This document shows positions 17,501 through 27,297 of a stretch of 64,000 nt of DNA, piece by piece (position 1 is the first letter of the stretch; every line of letters starts with the position of its first letter). A program made the position numbers and the translations under genes. The notes under the pieces were generated by a model that was given only the letters and a program-made list of their open reading frames with translations, did no database searches and was not told the origin of the DNA. The DNA is from Burkholderiales bacterium (GTDB taxonomy: Bacteria > Pseudomonadota > Gammaproteobacteria > Burkholderiales > Burkholderiaceae_E): positions 3,014 through 67,013 of the forward strand of contig JAPOKJ010000011.1 of NCBI GenBank assembly GCA_029977705.1, given 5' to 3'.

Positions 17501-18724
17501 TTGTCCTTTTTCCCTGATGCCGCACCCGCGGTGGGTCCGCTTGCCGGTCTGCGGGTACTCGATCTGGCCACTGTCATTGCGGCGCCCATGGCCTCCACAC
17601 TGCTGGCCGAGTTCGGGGCCCAGGTGCTCAAGCTCGAGATGCCGGGTGCCGGCGATGGCCTGCGCAACTTTCCGCCCTTCAAGGACGGCAAGTCGCTGTG
17701 GTGGAAGGCGGTCAACCGCAACAAGAAGTTCGCCACCCTCGATCTGCACAAGCCCGAGGGCATTGCGCTGCTCAAGCGCATGCTCCCCCAGGTCGATGTG
17801 CTGATCGAGAACTTTCGCCCTGGCACCCTCGACAAATGGGGCCTGGACAAGGCCACGCTGTGGTCGCTCCAGCCGCGCCTGGTGATCCTGCGGGTGACGG
17901 GCTTTGGGCAGACCGGCCCGAATCGCAACCAGCCTGGCTTTGCGCGCATTTTCGAGGCCATGGGAGGCCTGACCTACATCACCGGTGAGGCCGATGGCGA
18001 GCCGATGCATGCCGGCTATCCGCTGGGCGATGCGATCGGTGGCCTGTTCGGTGCGATGTCGGTGATGACCGCGCTGTGGCCGATCGCACGCAACCCCGAA
18101 CGCAAGGGCGAGGAGATCGACCTGTCGCTGACCGAGGCCATGCTGCGCATCTGCGACTACATGCCCAGCGAATACGAGCAGCTGGGGCTGGTGCGCGAGC
18201 GCGGCGGCAATGCCAATCAGTACTCGGCGCCCTCGCTGGTGTGCCGTTCCTCGGATGGCCACTGGTTCACGCTGGCCGGCAGCACCAATGCCTTGTGGGA
18301 GCGCAACTGCCGCTCGATCGGCCAGCCAGAGCTGATCCAGGATCCGCGCTTTCGGGACAATGCCTCGCGCGTCATCCATGCCAAGGCCCTCAACGGCATC
18401 TTTCGCGACTGGTGTGCCACCCAGACGGCAGACCAGGTGAGCGAAGCCTTCCGGGTGCATGGCGGCACGATTTCACGCATCTATTCCTCTGCGGACATCG
18501 CCCGCGATCCCCACTTTGCCGCCCGTGGTGCGCTCGTCGATGTACCCGATGCCGACTTCGGCACGATCCGTCAGGTGGCGCCGGTGCCGCGCTTTTCCAG
18601 TGGCACCGCGCCGCTGGCCAACAGCGCGCAGGCCCTGTCCCATGACAATGACGAGGTCTATGGCGACTGGCTGGGCCTGGATGCGGCCGAGCGCGTCCGG
18701 CTCAAGGAACTGGGCGTGATCTGA
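17501..18724 (+). CDS. Family III CoA-transferase (CaiB/BaiF family)
   Basis: N-terminus PLAGLRVLDLATVIAAPMASTLLAEFGAQVLKLE, with a typical interlocked-dimer family sequence throughout. TTG start with GGAG upstream. Confidence 0.9.
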   Translation: MSFFPDAAPAVGPLAGLRVLDLATVIAAPMASTLLAEFGAQVLKLEMPGAGDGLRNFPPFKDGKSLWWKAVNRNKKFATLDLHKPEGIALLKRMLPQVDVLIENFRPGTLDKWGLDKATLWSLQPRLVILRVTGFGQTGPNRNQPGFARIFEAMGGLTYITGEADGEPMHAGYPLGDAIGGLFGAMSVMTALWPIARNPERKGEEIDLSLTEAMLRICDYMPSEYEQLGLVRERGGNANQYSAPSLVCRSSDGHWFTLAGSTNALWERNCRSIGQPELIQDPRFRDNASRVIHAKALNGIFRDWCATQTADQVSEAFRVHGGTISRIYSSADIARDPHFAARGALVDVPDADFGTIRQVAPVPRFSSGTAPLANSAQALSHDNDEVYGDWLGLDAAERVRLKELGVI

Positions 18725-18775
18725 GGCTGCTGATGCCCGGCTGCGGGGGCGCCCTCGGTGTCCCGTGGTTCGGGC

Positions 18776-19462
18776 TCAGGAGTCTTTCAGCAGCCCTTGG
18801 GCGACATTGAAGAAGCTGCGCCGGCCCTTGAGTTCGAGGATCTGGCGGATCAGCATGTCGAAGTCGGCCTCGCGGTCGATCGGGTTCAGGTGCTCGGTGT
18901 TGATGATCAACAGCGGCGCTGCCTCGTACTGGTAGAAAAAGCGGCTGTAGGCGTCGGACAGACCTTCCAGGTAGGACCCGGTGATGGAACTTTCCATCGG
19001 CAGGCCGCGCCTGCGCACGCGGTTTTCCAGGCGTTCGGCAGTGGCTTGCAGGTAGATCACCAGATCCGGGGCCGGTACCTGCGGACGCAGGTGCTCGAGA
19101 ATGTTCCGGTACAGCTTGAGTTCGTCATTGTCGAGCGTGAGCGAGGCGAACAGCTGGTCCTTCTCGATCAGAAAGTCGCCGACCACCGGTCGCGAGAACA
19201 GGTCGCGCTGGGCCAGTTCGCGCAACTGGTTGACGCGCTGAAACAGGAAGAACAGCTGGGTGGGCAGGGCGTAACGCCGGCCGTCCCGGTAAAAGCGTTC
19301 GAGGAAGGGGTTCTCCTCGGGCAGCTCGAGCACCTGTTCGGCATTGAAACGCTCGGCCAGCTTGCGCGCCAGCGAGGTCTTGCCCACGCCGATCGGGCCC
19401 TCCACCACAATATGCTTGTAGCGTTCGAAGGGGTTGGAGATCGGCAGGATCGAGGCAGGCAT
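18776..19462 (-). CDS. Deoxynucleoside kinase family protein
   Basis: P-loop GPIGVGKTS, ERF and DRY-like motifs (RFYRDGRRYALPTQLFFL). 228 aa. Confidence 0.82.
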   Translation of the reverse strand: MPASILPISNPFERYKHIVVEGPIGVGKTSLARKLAERFNAEQVLELPEENPFLERFYRDGRRYALPTQLFFLFQRVNQLRELAQRDLFSRPVVGDFLIEKDQLFASLTLDNDELKLYRNILEHLRPQVPAPDLVIYLQATAERLENRVRRRGLPMESSITGSYLEGLSDAYSRFFYQYEAAPLLIINTEHLNPIDREADFDMLIRQILELKGRRSFFNVAQGLLKDS

Positions 19463-19504
19463 GGTCTGGGGCTGGACAGGTTCGGCGCCGGGACGCGCCG
19501 GACG

Positions 19505-19852
19505 CTAACGGAAGATGAAATACACCGCGCCCAGCAAGCATAACCCAGCCCAGAGAAAGTCCAGTTTCAGCGGCTGGTTCATGTACAGGATGGCAAAGGG
19601 CACGAACACCAGCAGGGTGATCACCTCCTGGAGGATTTTGAGCTGGGCCAGGGAAAAGTGGCCATAGCCGATGCGGTTGGCCGGCACCTGCAGCAGGTAC
19701 TCGAACAGGGCAATGCCCCAGCTGGCGATCGCGGCATACCACCAGGGCCGGCTGGCCAGGTTCTTCAGATGGCCATACCAGGCGAGCGTCATGAAAACAT
19801 TTGAGGCGACCAGCAGGGCAATGGTCTGCAAGGGGACGGGCAAGCCGTTCAT
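19505..19852 (-). CDS. DMT-superfamily small membrane protein (DUF486-like)
   Basis: 115 aa with 4 TM segments (MNGLPVPLQTIALLVASNVFMTLAWYGHLK...). Its ATG overlaps the folK stop (ATGA). Confidence 0.72.
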   Translation of the reverse strand: MNGLPVPLQTIALLVASNVFMTLAWYGHLKNLASRPWWYAAIASWGIALFEYLLQVPANRIGYGHFSLAQLKILQEVITLLVFVPFAILYMNQPLKLDFLWAGLCLLGAVYFIFR

Positions 19853-20340
19853 GGTCCAGGCTCCTCGGGCAGTCGGGTGCAATCCTGATCGGCGACCTGC
19901 GACAGCCAGTCACCGATCGGACGGCCGGCCAGTTGCAGGTGCGGGTCGATCTCGGCCATCGGCCGCAGCACGAAGGCGCGTGCCAGCAGGCGCGGATGGG
20001 GCAGGGTCAGGCGGGCGCTGGTGCGTTGTTCGTCGCCCGCCAGCAGCAGATCCAGATCGAGGGTACGCGGGGCCTGCGGATAGGGCCGGGTGCGGCCAAA
20101 ATGTTGTTCCAGGGCCTGCAGGTGCTCGAGCAGGGCCTCGGGTGATGCGGCGCTGTCAAAGCGTGCCACCGCATTGATGTAATCCGGCCCGGGGGCACCG
20201 ATGGCCGCGCTGCGGTACAGCGAGGACGCCTGCAGGCGGGGGGCCGCCTTGCGCAGGTGCTGCAGGGCAGCCTTGATGGTGGCGCCGGCATCGCCCAGGT
20301 TGGCGCCCAGCCCGACCCAGATGCTGCGCGAACCGCCCAC
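19849..20340 (-). CDS. folK: 2-amino-4-hydroxy-6-hydroxymethyldihydropteridine diphosphokinase
   Basis: HPPK motifs: IWVGLGANLGD, RTLDLDLL and LPHPR. GTG 20340, just after the pcnB stop, gives about 163 aa. The longer ORF reaching 20457 would overlap pcnB. Confidence 0.82.
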   Translation of the reverse strand: MGGSRSIWVGLGANLGDAGATIKAALQHLRKAAPRLQASSLYRSAAIGAPGPDYINAVARFDSAASPEALLEHLQALEQHFGRTRPYPQAPRTLDLDLLLAGDEQRTSARLTLPHPRLLARAFVLRPMAEIDPHLQLAGRPIGDWLSQVADQDCTRLPEEPGP

Positions 20341-20344
20341 CGGC

Positions 20345-21775
20345 TCAGGAGGCGCTTGGAGGGGGATGGCCCGGATCTGCAGGCGCGCTGTCTTGCGCCC
20401 CGTTCGAGCCTTCGCCCGGGCCGCGGCTGCGACGGCGTCGCTTGCGTGCCGGTGCATCGCCCGTGCGTGGCTTGCCGCGCGGGTTGGCGGCTTCCATCAG
20501 GGCTTCACGCTGGTCCCGGTCGCCATCGGCAAAGTCGTGCCACCATTGGCCTAGTGCCGGATCGAGCTCGCCGCTCTCACAACGCAGCAGGAGAAAGTCG
20601 AAGGCGGCCCGGAAGCGCGGATGCTCGAGCAGGCGGTAGGGGGTGCTGCCGGTGCGGCGCTCGAAGCGCGGTTGCACCGACCAGATCTCGCGCATGTCCG
20701 AGACGATGCGACGCTGGATGGCGAGCTTCTCGGCCTGTTCGTCCAGCACCGAGTCGATGGCGATCATCAGGGCCTGGTACAGCGCTTCGCCTTCGGCCCG
20801 GATCTTCTTCCAGCGGGCATTGATCTGCGGCCACAGCAGGGCAGCAAACAGGAAGCCGGGCGAGATCGGCTTGTCCTGGGCAATGCGCTCGTCGGTGGCG
20901 CGCAAGGCGGCCTCGACGAAGCGCTGGCCTTCGGGCAGCTCGAGCACCAGATCGAGCATGGGCAGCAGGCCGTGGTGCAGGCCTTCGGCGCGCAATTCCT
21001 CGATGCAGGCCAGCGACTTGCCGGAGGCAAACAGCTTGAGCATCTCGTCGAACAGGCGTGCCGAGGGCACATTGCCCAGCAGCGGGGCCAGCTCGGCCAC
21101 CGGTTTGCGGGTGGCCGGTTCGACATGAAAGCCCAGCTTGCCGGCAAAGCGCGCCACGCGCAGCATCCGCACCGGGTCTTCGCGGTAGCGGGTGGCCGGA
21201 TCGCCGATCATGCGCAGGGTGCGCGACTGGATGTCGCGCACGCCTTGGTGGTAATCAAGCACCTGGTCGGCGACCGGGTCGTAATACAGGGCGTTGACGG
21301 TGAAGTCGCGACGCGCGGCATCGTCTTCCTGGGAGCCCCATTCGTTGTCGCGCAGGACCCGGCCATGCTCGTCGGTCAGGGCGTCCGATTGCAGCGCCCG
21401 GAAGGTGGAAGTCTCGATGACCTCACGGCCGAACATGACATGCACGATCTGGAAACGCGGCCCGATGATGCGCGAGCGGCGGAACAAGGCCCGTACCTGA
21501 TCCGGCGTGGCATTGGTGGCCACATCGAAGTCCTTGGGCTTGAGCTTGAGGATGGCGTCACGCACGCCGCCGCCCACGACATAGGCCTTGTAGCCCGCCT
21601 GTTGCAAGGTTTCGCAGGTGCGGTAGGCCGCCTGCGAGATGCCGCGCGGATCGATGCCCAGCTGCGCGCCGGGATAGGTCTGCAGCCCGCTGCGGGCGGC
21701 CTTGCCGGCAGGTGCGGCGGCATCGTCCTTGCGGGGCTTGCGACCGAAGACTTTCTGGATCAGGGCTTTGATCAT
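20345..21775 (-). CDS. pcnB: Poly(A) polymerase I
   Basis: YVVGGGVRD...DFDVATNA nucleotidyltransferase core and a basic C-terminal tail. The conserved pcnB-folK pairing is present. Confidence 0.92.
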   Translation of the reverse strand: MIKALIQKVFGRKPRKDDAAAPAGKAARSGLQTYPGAQLGIDPRGISQAAYRTCETLQQAGYKAYVVGGGVRDAILKLKPKDFDVATNATPDQVRALFRRSRIIGPRFQIVHVMFGREVIETSTFRALQSDALTDEHGRVLRDNEWGSQEDDAARRDFTVNALYYDPVADQVLDYHQGVRDIQSRTLRMIGDPATRYREDPVRMLRVARFAGKLGFHVEPATRKPVAELAPLLGNVPSARLFDEMLKLFASGKSLACIEELRAEGLHHGLLPMLDLVLELPEGQRFVEAALRATDERIAQDKPISPGFLFAALLWPQINARWKKIRAEGEALYQALMIAIDSVLDEQAEKLAIQRRIVSDMREIWSVQPRFERRTGSTPYRLLEHPRFRAAFDFLLLRCESGELDPALGQWWHDFADGDRDQREALMEAANPRGKPRTGDAPARKRRRRSRGPGEGSNGAQDSAPADPGHPPPSAS

Positions 21776-22458
21776 GATGCTTTGCCGAACAGGTCAAGGC
21801 AGCGCCAGCCACGTTCGCGGGCCAGGGCCTGCAGCCGGGCATCGGCGTTGACGGCGACCGGATCGCTGACCTTCTCGAGCAGCGGGATGTCGTTGGCCGA
21901 ATCGGAGTAAAACCAGGAGCGCTCGAAATCCTTCAACTGCTGGCCGCGCTGCTCGAGCCAGGCCAGGGTGCGGATGACCTTGCCCTCCCGGTAGCTGGGC
22001 ACGCCCTTGTAGGCCCCGGTGTAGGGCGCGGCAGGATCGTCGCCCACCGTGGCCAGATCGGTGGCGATCAGGTGTTCGAGCCCGAAGCGCCGGGCGATCG
22101 GCGCGGTGACGAAGGCATTGGTGGCGGTCACCATCAGGCACAGGTCGCCGCGATCACGGTGCTGCGCCACCAGGGCCTCGGCCTGGGGGGTGACGACCGG
22201 CAGGATCACCTCGCGCATGAACTGGGCATGCCACTCGTCGAGCTGGGCCCGGCTGTAGCGCGCCAGGGGGGCCAGCTGGAAGGCCAGGTAGGCCTCGTTG
22301 TCGAGCCGGCCAGCCTGGTAGTCCCGGTAGAACTGGTCGTTCTGGGCGCGGTGGCGGTCGGCATTGACCGCGCCGATGCGCACCATGAACTCCCCCCACT
22401 GATGGTCGGAGTCCATCGGGATCAAGGTGTTGTCGAGGTCGAACAGGGCCAGTTGCAT
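21772..22458 (-). CDS. HAD-IB family hydrolase
   Basis: Motif I FDLDNTL. 228 aa. Its stop overlaps the pcnB ATG. Confidence 0.82.
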   Translation of the reverse strand: MQLALFDLDNTLIPMDSDHQWGEFMVRIGAVNADRHRAQNDQFYRDYQAGRLDNEAYLAFQLAPLARYSRAQLDEWHAQFMREVILPVVTPQAEALVAQHRDRGDLCLMVTATNAFVTAPIARRFGLEHLIATDLATVGDDPAAPYTGAYKGVPSYREGKVIRTLAWLEQRGQQLKDFERSWFYSDSANDIPLLEKVSDPVAVNADARLQALARERGWRCLDLFGKAS

Positions 22459-22518
22459 GCCGTCGCTTGGGAGTGCCTTCTTGAGGGGAGCTGCGGTCTG
22501 AAAAGACGCGGCAGTGTA

Positions 22519-23187
22519 TCAGCCGCGGCCGCCGGCCGGTTCCGCCGGCCCTCCGGGACCGGTTTCAGGGCCCTGGCCAGCCGCCTCCATGTCGCGCAGC
22601 AGGGGCAGGCTCAGGGCCCGCCGGTGCTCGAAGGCAAAGCGGTCCAGGTTGTCCAGCAGGCCGGTCAGCGTGCGGATGTCGCGCGGGTAGTGGCGCAGCA
22701 GGTGGCGCAGCAATTCGTCGGGCAGGTTGATCTGGCGGGCGGCGGCATGCTGGCGCAGGGCCAGGGCCTTTTCCTCGTCGTTCAGGCGCCGCAGTTGCAC
22801 CACCAGGCCCGAGCCGAGCCGGGTGCGCAGGTCCTCGCGAAGGTGCAGGTGCATCGGCGCGGCATCGGCACTGGCCACGATCATGGCGGCCGGATCGCCG
22901 GCCTGCTCAATGAAACGGGCGAACCAGCGGGCTTGGCCCCGTGCATCCAGGCGCTGGGCATCGTCGAGCAGGGCCAGGCCCGCATCGGCTGCGGCAGCGC
23001 TCGCCAGGGCCTGCAGCAGGTGGCTCTTGCCGCTGCCGGCTTCGCCCCACACCAGCAGGCATTTGGCGGGGCGCTGCCCCCCCGCAATGGCGCGCAGCAG
23101 CGCCACCAGCTCGGCGTTCGGGCCAGCCACGAAATTGTCCAGGGAGGCGGGTGCGACCACACGCACATCAAGCGGCAACTGGCGCAT
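22519..23187 (-). CDS. hda: DnaA regulatory inactivator Hda
   Basis: AAA+ Walker A GEAGSGKSHLLQA, a short DnaA-domain-III-like protein of 222 aa. Confidence 0.82.
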   Translation of the reverse strand: MRQLPLDVRVVAPASLDNFVAGPNAELVALLRAIAGGQRPAKCLLVWGEAGSGKSHLLQALASAAAADAGLALLDDAQRLDARGQARWFARFIEQAGDPAAMIVASADAAPMHLHLREDLRTRLGSGLVVQLRRLNDEEKALALRQHAAARQINLPDELLRHLLRHYPRDIRTLTGLLDNLDRFAFEHRRALSLPLLRDMEAAGQGPETGPGGPAEPAGGRG

Positions 23188-23202
23188 CGGGGAAGGGCGG
23201 GC

Positions 23203-24285
23203 TCAGTTCTGGCTGGTGTAGAACTCGCTGGCCAGGTAGGCCTTGCGCAGCCGGCGCAGGCCCACTGCCAGGATCGCGGCCAGCGGCAGGGCCAGCAGCA
23301 CCCCGGCCGTGCCGAAGACATAGCCGAAGGCGATGAGGGCGATAATGACGGCCAGCGGATGCAGGCCGATCTCGTCACCGATCAGGCGCGGCGTCAGGTA
23401 AAAACTCTCGAGCACCTGCCCCAGGCCATAGATGATGGCCACCAGCAGCAAGCCCTTGGCCGGGCCCAGCTGCAGCATGCCATCGATCAGGGCAAAGCAC
23501 AGGCCGAGTGCGAAGCCGATGTAGGGAATGGCAACCAGGGACCCGGTGAGCACCCCGATCGGCAGCCACAGCTTGAAGCCGGCCAGGAACAGGGCCAGGC
23601 TGTAGTAGGCCGCCAGGACCGCCATCACCTTGAGCTGGCCGCGCATGTAGCGCGACAGCAGCTGATCGACTTCCTCGAGCAGTCCGAACACCTGGGCTTC
23701 CCAGCGCGGAGGCAGCAATTCGCGCAGGCCGGCCATGAAGCGCGGCCAGTCGAGCAGCAGGAAGAAGGTGGCCACCGGCATCAGGAACAGTAGCCCGATG
23801 ACGGCCAGGGCGGCGCCCCACCCGCTCTTGACCGTTTCCAGCAGCTTTGCGAGCAGGTCCTCGCCGCCGCTGGCCAGGTGCTTGCTGAGCCATTCCTTCA
23901 GGCCGGCGGCATCCAGGCGCAGGTGCAGGTCCAGGTTTTGCTCCAGCCAGGGTCGGGTCTGTTCGGAGATGCGGCCGAGCAGGGCCGGGAGGCGGTCGCG
24001 CAACTGGCCGAACTCCTGCTGCAGGATCGGCAGGATGATCAGCAGCACCACCAGCAGCACGCCCATGCACAGGGCCATCATGATCAGCACCGCCAGTGTC
24101 CGGGGCAGGCGTCGGGCCTGCAGCCAGGTTACCCCCGGGGCCAGCACATAGGCCAGGATGGCCGCCGCGAAAAAGGGCGTCAGCACCGGTCCGAGCAGCC
24201 AGATCATGGCTGCGAGGAACAGGGCGACCAGCGCCCACAGCAGGGTCTGGCGCTGCATCGTCGAAGGCCGGGAAGGTAGAATCAT
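23203..24285 (-). CDS. AI-2E (PerM/UPF0118) family transporter
   Basis: Polytopic membrane protein with AI-2E-like TM segments. The start is either ATG 24285 (TAGAAT 8 nt upstream, no SD) or ATG 24258 (MQRQTLLW). Confidence 0.82.
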   Translation of the reverse strand: MILPSRPSTMQRQTLLWALVALFLAAMIWLLGPVLTPFFAAAILAYVLAPGVTWLQARRLPRTLAVLIMMALCMGVLLVVLLIILPILQQEFGQLRDRLPALLGRISEQTRPWLEQNLDLHLRLDAAGLKEWLSKHLASGGEDLLAKLLETVKSGWGAALAVIGLLFLMPVATFFLLLDWPRFMAGLRELLPPRWEAQVFGLLEEVDQLLSRYMRGQLKVMAVLAAYYSLALFLAGFKLWLPIGVLTGSLVAIPYIGFALGLCFALIDGMLQLGPAKGLLLVAIIYGLGQVLESFYLTPRLIGDEIGLHPLAVIIALIAFGYVFGTAGVLLALPLAAILAVGLRRLRKAYLASEFYTSQN

Positions 24286-24300
24286 GGGGACACATTCTAC
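24276..24300. promoter_or_regulatory. Inverted repeat carrying two opposed TAGAAT hexamers in the perM/purM divergent junction
   Basis: GTAGAAT-N11-ATTCTAC. The plus-strand TAGAAT is at 24277-24282 and the minus-strand TAGAAT at 24299-24294. Confidence 0.4.
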
Positions 24301-25441
24301 TTGGGACGCTGGGGTGAGCACGCAATCGAACAAGGGCGCGGCAGGCGCAGGACAGGCGGGTACGCCCACGGGCGCGGCCGGCGCGCTGTCGTACAAGGAT
24401 GCCGGGGTCGACATCGACGCCGGAGACGCCCTGGTGGACCGCATCAAGCCGCTGGCCCGCAAGACCCTTCGCGAGGGCGTGCTGGCCGGCATCGGCGGCT
24501 TTGGCGCCCTGTTCGAGGTGCCCAAGCGGTACCGCGAACCGGTGCTGGTGTCGGGCACCGATGGCGTGGGCACCAAGCTGAAGATGGCCTTTGCACTGAA
24601 CCGCCACTCGACGGTCGGTATCGACCTGGTCGCGATGAGTGTCAACGACATTCTGGTGCAGGGTGCCGAGCCGCTCTTTTTCCTCGATTACTTTGCCTGC
24701 GGCAAGCTCGATGTCGATACCGCTGCATCGGTGGTTGGCGGCATTGCCAAGGGCTGCGAGCTGTCGCATTGCGCCCTGATCGGCGGTGAAACCGCCGAGA
24801 TGCCGGGCATGTACCCCGACGGCGAATATGACCTGGCCGGCTTTGCGGTCGGTGCGGTCGAAAAGAGCGCCATCATCACCGGGGCCGATATCGTCCCGGG
24901 CGATGTCCTGCTCGGCCTGGCCTCCAGCGGCCCGCATTCCAACGGGTATTCGCTGCTGCGCAAGGTGCTGGAGCGGCGCTTCGGGTCGCTCGATGCCCCG
25001 GGGCTCAACGAACCGGTGCCCGGCGAGAGCGGTGGACCGAGCCTGGCCGATGCGGTGATGGCGCCGACCCGGATCTATGTGCGCGCGGTGCTGCAGGCCA
25101 TGCAGTCGGTGCGCTTCAAGGGGCTGGCCCACATCACGGGTGGCGGCCTGCTCGAAAACGTGCCGCGGGTCCTGCCCGAGGCCGTCCAGGCGAGCATCCG
25201 GCAATCGGCCTGGCCGCTGCCTGCCTTGTTTGCCTTCCTGCAGCGCGAAGGCCAGATCGACTGGCAGGAGATGTACCGCGTCTTCAATTGCGGCGTCGGC
25301 ATGGTCATCGTGGTAGCGGCCGATCAGGTACAGGCGGCGCGTGAGGCGCTCGAACAGGCGGGCGAGACGGTCTACCAGCTCGGTGAAATCGTGGCACGGC
25401 CTGCCCCGGACGCGCCCCAGACGGTGGTCATCCGAGAGTGA
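24284..25441 (+). CDS. purM: Phosphoribosylformylglycinamidine cyclo-ligase (AIR synthetase)
   Basis: [14 protein letters not shown]...[10 protein letters not shown]...[10 protein letters not shown] are PurM hallmarks. ATG 24284 (GGAAGG upstream) or GTG 24314 are the possible starts. Confidence 0.92.
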   Translation: MGTHSTWDAGVSTQSNKGAAGAGQAGTPTGAAGALSYKDAGVDIDAGDALVDRIKPLARKTLREGVLAGIGGFGALFEVPKRYREPVLVSGTDGVGTKLKMAFALNRHSTVGIDLVAMSVNDILVQGAEPLFFLDYFACGKLDVDTAASVVGGIAKGCELSHCALIGGETAEMPGMYPDGEYDLAGFAVGAVEKSAIITGADIVPGDVLLGLASSGPHSNGYSLLRKVLERRFGSLDAPGLNEPVPGESGGPSLADAVMAPTRIYVRAVLQAMQSVRFKGLAHITGGGLLENVPRVLPEAVQASIRQSAWPLPALFAFLQREGQIDWQEMYRVFNCGVGMVIVVAADQVQAAREALEQAGETVYQLGEIVARPAPDAPQTVVIRE

Positions 25442-27297
25442 TCGGCGGCCCGCGCAAGCCCCTGGCCTGGCTGCTTGCGGCAGTGATCGGCCTGACCGCA
25501 TCGGCTGGGCAGGCGCAGGGCCAGCAGCAGGGGCCGGCGCCAGCCGGGGCCACGGTTGAGAGCCCTTCGCAGGCGCCAGCGCCTGCGGCCAAGGCCAATT
25601 ACGAACTGATCATCGAGGCTCCCGAGGAACTGCTCAATCCGATCCGCCAGCGTACCCTCATTGGTCGCTGGCAGATGCGTCCCGATTACGATCCGATCCA
25701 GTTCGAAGGCCTTTTCGAGCGCGCCAAGGGCGAGGTCGAGAGCCTGATGCGGGCCGCTGGTTTTTTCTCGGGCAGTGTCGAGATCAGCGGCGATCCGGCC
25801 AGCATCCGCATCGTGGTCGACGGCGGCGCCCGCACCACGGTCAACCAGGTCGAGATCAGCTTCAAGGGGCCGGCTGCGCAACTGCCCGAGGCGCAGGGCC
25901 AGCGCTTTCGCGAGCATGTGCTGCGACGCTGGCAACTGCCCGAGGGCAGCTTCTTCAATGCCGAGTTCTGGGACGCCGGCAAGCGGCGGCTGATCGATGC
26001 CTTCCATCAGAAGGGCTACCTGCGGGCCCGCCTGACCGTGAGCGAGGCGCGCGTCGACATGGAGAACACCAGTGCCGCCCTGCGCATCGAGGTCGACAGC
26101 GGGCCAGCCTTTGCCTTTGGGGCGGTGCGCATCAATGGCCTGCAGCGATATGCCGGCGAGATCGTCCAGGACCTGCGCCCCTTCCGTGAGGGCGATCCCT
26201 ATGACTATGACCGGCTGATCCTGTTCCAGCAGCGCCTGCGCGAATCGGGCTACTTCTCGACGGCGACGGCCCTGCCTGACCTGATCGCTGTGGAGAAGGC
26301 CGAGCAGCCGACCGTGCCGATCGTGGTCGAGGTCTCGGAGTTTCGCTCCAAGCGCATCGTGACCGGCATCGGTTTCAGCAGTGATCAGGGGGCCCGCGGC
26401 CAACTGGGCTTCGAGCACCGCGACCTGTTCGACCTTGGCTGGCAACTGGAGAGCGCCTTGCTGCTCGAGCAAAAGCGCCAGCGCGCCTTCATCAACCTGC
26501 GTACGCCGGCGCAGTCCGAAGGCCATTACTGGGCGACCGGTGCCCGCATCGAGCGTCTCGTGCCCGACGACAACGAGACCACGCTGCGCTCGAACTTCTA
26601 CTTCGGCCGGGGCCGTCGCGTCGAGGAGGTCGAGTACTTCATGTCCGTGCAGCACCAGCGTGAACGGCTCGACCAGAACCTGACCGGTGTGGCGACGCGC
26701 GATTATCGCCAGGCCCTGGTCGCCTCGTATGCCTGGAACATGCGGCGACTGGACTCGCGCATCGACCCGCGCGATGGCTACACCATCAGCGCGCAGTTCT
26801 CGACCGCCGTCAAGGGCGTGGTCAGCGAGACCAACTTCAGCCGACTCTACCTGCGCATGCTCAAGTTCTGGCCGATGTCCGATGAAGGACCGATCAAGGG
26901 CTCGACCCTGATCGGCATGGCCGAGTTCGGTCAGGTGTTCTCCTCGAGCAGCCAGTACGTCCCTTCCGAAAACTTGTTTCGCGCCGGGGGCTCGCAGTCG
27001 CTGCGTGGCTACCACTACCTGGAGCTGGGGCCGGCCGCCGTGGGCCTGAGCATCGGCGGCCGATCGCTGGCCATCGCCAGCCTCGAGTACCAGAGACCGA
27101 TCAACAACCTGCTGCGCTGGGCGGCGTTCATCGATGTCGGCAATGCGGCCGATTCCTTCCGCAACTTCAAGCCGGCGGTCGGCATCGGTGGAGGAATTCG
27201 CGTCAAGACACCGATCGGACCGGTCAATGCGGACCTGGCCTGGGGGCAGGCCTCGCACCAGTTCGTTTTCCATTTCTCGGTGGGCTATGTCTTCTGA
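25438..27297 (+). CDS. tamA: Translocation and assembly module outer-membrane protein TamA (Omp85 family)
   Basis: Signal peptide, POTRA-like N-terminal region, and a C-terminal Omp85 barrel ending ...FHFSVGYVF. The GTG start overlaps the purM stop. Followed by tamB. Confidence 0.85.
   Translation: MIGGPRKPLAWLLAAVIGLTASAGQAQGQQQGPAPAGATVESPSQAPAPAAKANYELIIEAPEELLNPIRQRTLIGRWQMRPDYDPIQFEGLFERAKGEVESLMRAAGFFSGSVEISGDPASIRIVVDGGARTTVNQVEISFKGPAAQLPEAQGQRFREHVLRRWQLPEGSFFNAEFWDAGKRRLIDAFHQKGYLRARLTVSEARVDMENTSAALRIEVDSGPAFAFGAVRINGLQRYAGEIVQDLRPFREGDPYDYDRLILFQQRLRESGYFSTATALPDLIAVEKAEQPTVPIVVEVSEFRSKRIVTGIGFSSDQGARGQLGFEHRDLFDLGWQLESALLLEQKRQRAFINLRTPAQSEGHYWATGARIERLVPDDNETTLRSNFYFGRGRRVEEVEYFMSVQHQRERLDQNLTGVATRDYRQALVASYAWNMRRLDSRIDPRDGYTISAQFSTAVKGVVSETNFSRLYLRMLKFWPMSDEGPIKGSTLIGMAEFGQVFSSSSQYVPSENLFRAGGSQSLRGYHYLELGPAAVGLSIGGRSLAIASLEYQRPINNLLRWAAFIDVGNAADSFRNFKPAVGIGGGIRVKTPIGPVNADLAWGQASHQFVFHFSVGYVF

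Noticed and set aside
15419-18460. A 1013-aa ORF on the minus strand spanning the Bug genes and the CoA-transferase.
   Set aside because: It is antisense to four genes that have clear family signatures. Its Arg/Gly/Ala/His-rich, low-complexity translation is typical of spurious antisense ORFs in high-GC DNA.
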